From positions 1 to 45,807 of the IMG/VR virus record IMGVR_UViG_3300030376_002881: a DNA stretch of 45,807 bases. The stretch is one strand, 5' to 3'. A program made the position numbers and the translations under genes. The stretch is from a virus (taxonomy: Duplodnaviria; Caudoviricetes). The notes beneath the pieces are model-generated. The model saw only the letters and a list, made by a program, of their open reading frames with translations. It ran no database searches and was not told the DNA's origin. This document shows, in pieces, positions 44,014 to 45,807 of this stretch. Numbering within the stretch: position 1 is the stretch's first letter; the number at the start of each line of letters is the position of its first letter.

Positions 44014-44723
44014 TAAGTATGACCTCCATAGTAGTCACTTCCTGATCCCATACCACTTCCTCTAATTTTCTTCTTGTAACCTGTATTTTTATAACCTCCA
44101 GGTAAATTAGAACTTGATTTACTTGGTGTATCATTACTAAACCAAGATTGCCTGGATGACTCTGGCATTGAGTAATATGTCTGTACTGAATTAAGACCTA
44201 CACCTAATCCACTTATCATTGCAAGTGCTTGGTTAGGTTGACTTTGGTATGTAGTAGAATTGATTGCATTTATTGTATCCATTCTTGCTAAATCAAGTCC
44301 TGTTCCTACATCTCTTAATTGATAGTTTAGATTGAGTTTATCTACACCAGCATTTTCTTTAATAACATCCTTAGTATTAAGAGATTCTCTCACCATCTGT
44401 CCTTTTAGTAATTCAGTAGACTGTCCTTCTGCTAGTTCTGCTACTTCCATAGAACCTTCTGCCCTAAGAGCATCTAATTCAGCAGACATAAGACCTTGTT
44501 GCTCAATGTCTTGTACTTGCTGTCTTTGTTTTTCTATGTCAGCAACTCTCTGAGCACCCATGCCATATTCAAACAGGAGTTTCTCTTTAAGGAATCCATC
44601 CCTAATGTCTTTCTGTCTGTTGGCTTCAGTTACAGCTTGCTTTTGTTGCTGGTAGGCAAGGTATGTTCCAAGCAATCCTAATGCTGCTTGACCCCCTGCA
44701 ACTGCTCCTGCTCCACTACACAT
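44013..44723 (-). CDS. Internal virion protein (gp14-like)
   Basis: MC start, Gly/Ala-rich hydrophobic N-terminus, Gln-rich; synteny. Confidence 0.75.
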   Translation of the reverse strand: MCSGAGAVAGGQAALGLLGTYLAYQQQKQAVTEANRQKDIRDGFLKEKLLFEYGMGAQRVADIEKQRQQVQDIEQQGLMSAELDALRAEGSMEVAELAEGQSTELLKGQMVRESLNTKDVIKENAGVDKLNLNYQLRDVGTGLDLARMDTINAINSTTYQSQPNQALAMISGLGVGLNSVQTYYSMPESSRQSWFSNDTPSKSSSNLPGGYKNTGYKKKIRGSGMGSGSDYYGGHT

Positions 44724-45195
44724 GTCTTACTCTCATAAATAGGTAAAATGGAATTTTCTCGAAACCGTAGTCTTCGATTAGTTTTGGAAACTCGAACTTC
44801 AAATGCTTGAGCCACCTAATCGTGACTTCGTTACGTGCATCAACGTAGTTAAACAGCATCTGATAGCGTTCATTCATATCGTCTACCCATTGTTTAGTAC
44901 ACTTGTAAAAAGTCTTCTTATGGTCCTTTTTAAAGTCTTCTAGGGCATTACTACACAGCATCCAAGGGACTGCTGAGTTTTCATTTACTTCTCGTATTCC
45001 TGCAATGGCTACAACCTTACTCTCATGAAGAAAAGTAAAGTTCTCATCAGACAGTTCCACTGAAGATAAAATAGCTTGTAATGGATTATGACCTGATGAT
45101 GCGTAGACCTCATCAATGTCTACTTGTCTCATGTTTTCTGCTAACTCAGTACCATGCCATTCTTTATAGGGACGAGAATACTCCCGATAGCTCAT
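44716..45195 (-). CDS. gp13-like internal virion protein / GNAT-like fold
   Basis: MRQVDIDEV...PWML...LFNYVDARNEVTIRWLKHLKF. Confidence 0.8.
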   Translation of the reverse strand: MSYREYSRPYKEWHGTELAENMRQVDIDEVYASSGHNPLQAILSSVELSDENFTFLHESKVVAIAGIREVNENSAVPWMLCSNALEDFKKDHKKTFYKCTKQWVDDMNERYQMLFNYVDARNEVTIRWLKHLKFEFPKLIEDYGFEKIPFYLFMRVRHV

Positions 45196-45807
45196 ACTCG
45201 TTGTGATCTAAGGTGTAAGAATCCTTCCCATTCAGCACTTTGGAAGGCACAAGGCAAGTACTCATCGTTGGTGAGTGATACCTTACAGTTAGATGCATTG
45301 GAAAAGATGGACCCTTTAAAAGTTCCTGATAGTAGGGTGTATTTGTCAACGGAAGAAACATTGGTAATGAATCCATTAAAAATCTTTTGGTATTGTTTTC
45401 TTGGTTTAATAGTTTGTGTACTACCAGTACCATCGTTGACAAGTAAATCGTAGGGTGCTAGGTCCACTTTAAAAGTGAAATACCCACTATCGTTATACAG
45501 TAGGTTAAGGTTTCGCAGTTGTAGTTTTGCAGTCTGTATAGGTACTTCATTTTGTTTATAGGTAAACTTTGAAAATTCATACTTAAATGTGAAAGGAATA
45601 CCTACATACACAACATTACTCGCATGTGCTGCTACGTATGCATCTACATCCGTTTGTGCTATTTTTCTAGCATTGTCAGTGACAAATACTTTGTTACTAG
45701 GTAAAGATGAAAAGTACGGAATGTCACTTACTGTATCTACAGAAGTACTAGATTTAATCTGTACTCTTCTGTCTAATAATACTGGAGTTTTATCCTCCAT
45801 TACTGAT
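45192..45807 (-). CDS. Tail tubular protein B, 3' part
   Basis: YVGIPF, KLQLRNLNLLYNDSGYF and FQSAEWEG motifs; continuous with 1..2477. Confidence 0.92.
   Translation of the reverse strand, partial: SVMEDKTPVLLDRRVQIKSSTSVDTVSDIPYFSSLPSNKVFVTDNARKIAQTDVDAYVAAHASNVVYVGIPFTFKYEFSKFTYKQNEVPIQTAKLQLRNLNLLYNDSGYFTFKVDLAPYDLLVNDGTGSTQTIKPRKQYQKIFNGFITNVSSVDKYTLLSGTFKGSIFSNASNCKVSLTNDEYLPCAFQSAEWEGFLHLRSQRV
45709..45806. repeat. Terminal overlap of circular assembly (copy 2)
   Basis: Identical to 1-98. Confidence 0.95.

Noticed and set aside
13-45453. Plus-strand ORFs and nested alternate-frame minus ORFs in the track
   Set aside because: They shadow well-supported genes or promoters and have no recognisable motifs

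Overview
Essentially complete, circularly assembled genome (~45.7 kb; the first 98 bases recur at 45709-45806) of an AT-rich T7-like podophage (Autographiviridae). All real genes are on the minus strand. Reading leftwards from the non-coding terminal region (~27.8-28.2 kb), the order is: five tandem host-type promoters; small early genes with two tRNA-Trp-like RNAs and an HhH glycosylase-like gene; a lysogeny module (Trp-rich leader ORF, wHTH repressor, tyrosine integrase, attP matching the 5' half of a tRNA-Ser(CGA)); RNA polymerase; SSB, endonuclease I, primase-helicase, DNA polymerase, PD-(D/E)XK nuclease, exonuclease, DUF3310 and class II RNR; portal, scaffold, capsid, tail tubes A/B, internal virion proteins, tail fibres, lysis genes and terminase. 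The most unusual signal is a tandem pair of aberrant tRNA-like RNAs with the same UUCCAAA (Trp) loop. Upstream of the repressor-integrase operon sits a Trp-codon-rich leader with two exact complements of that loop. Together they are a candidate tRNA/Trp-based lysis-lysogeny control system (inference, untested). All product calls come from motif recognition and synteny, not database searches.
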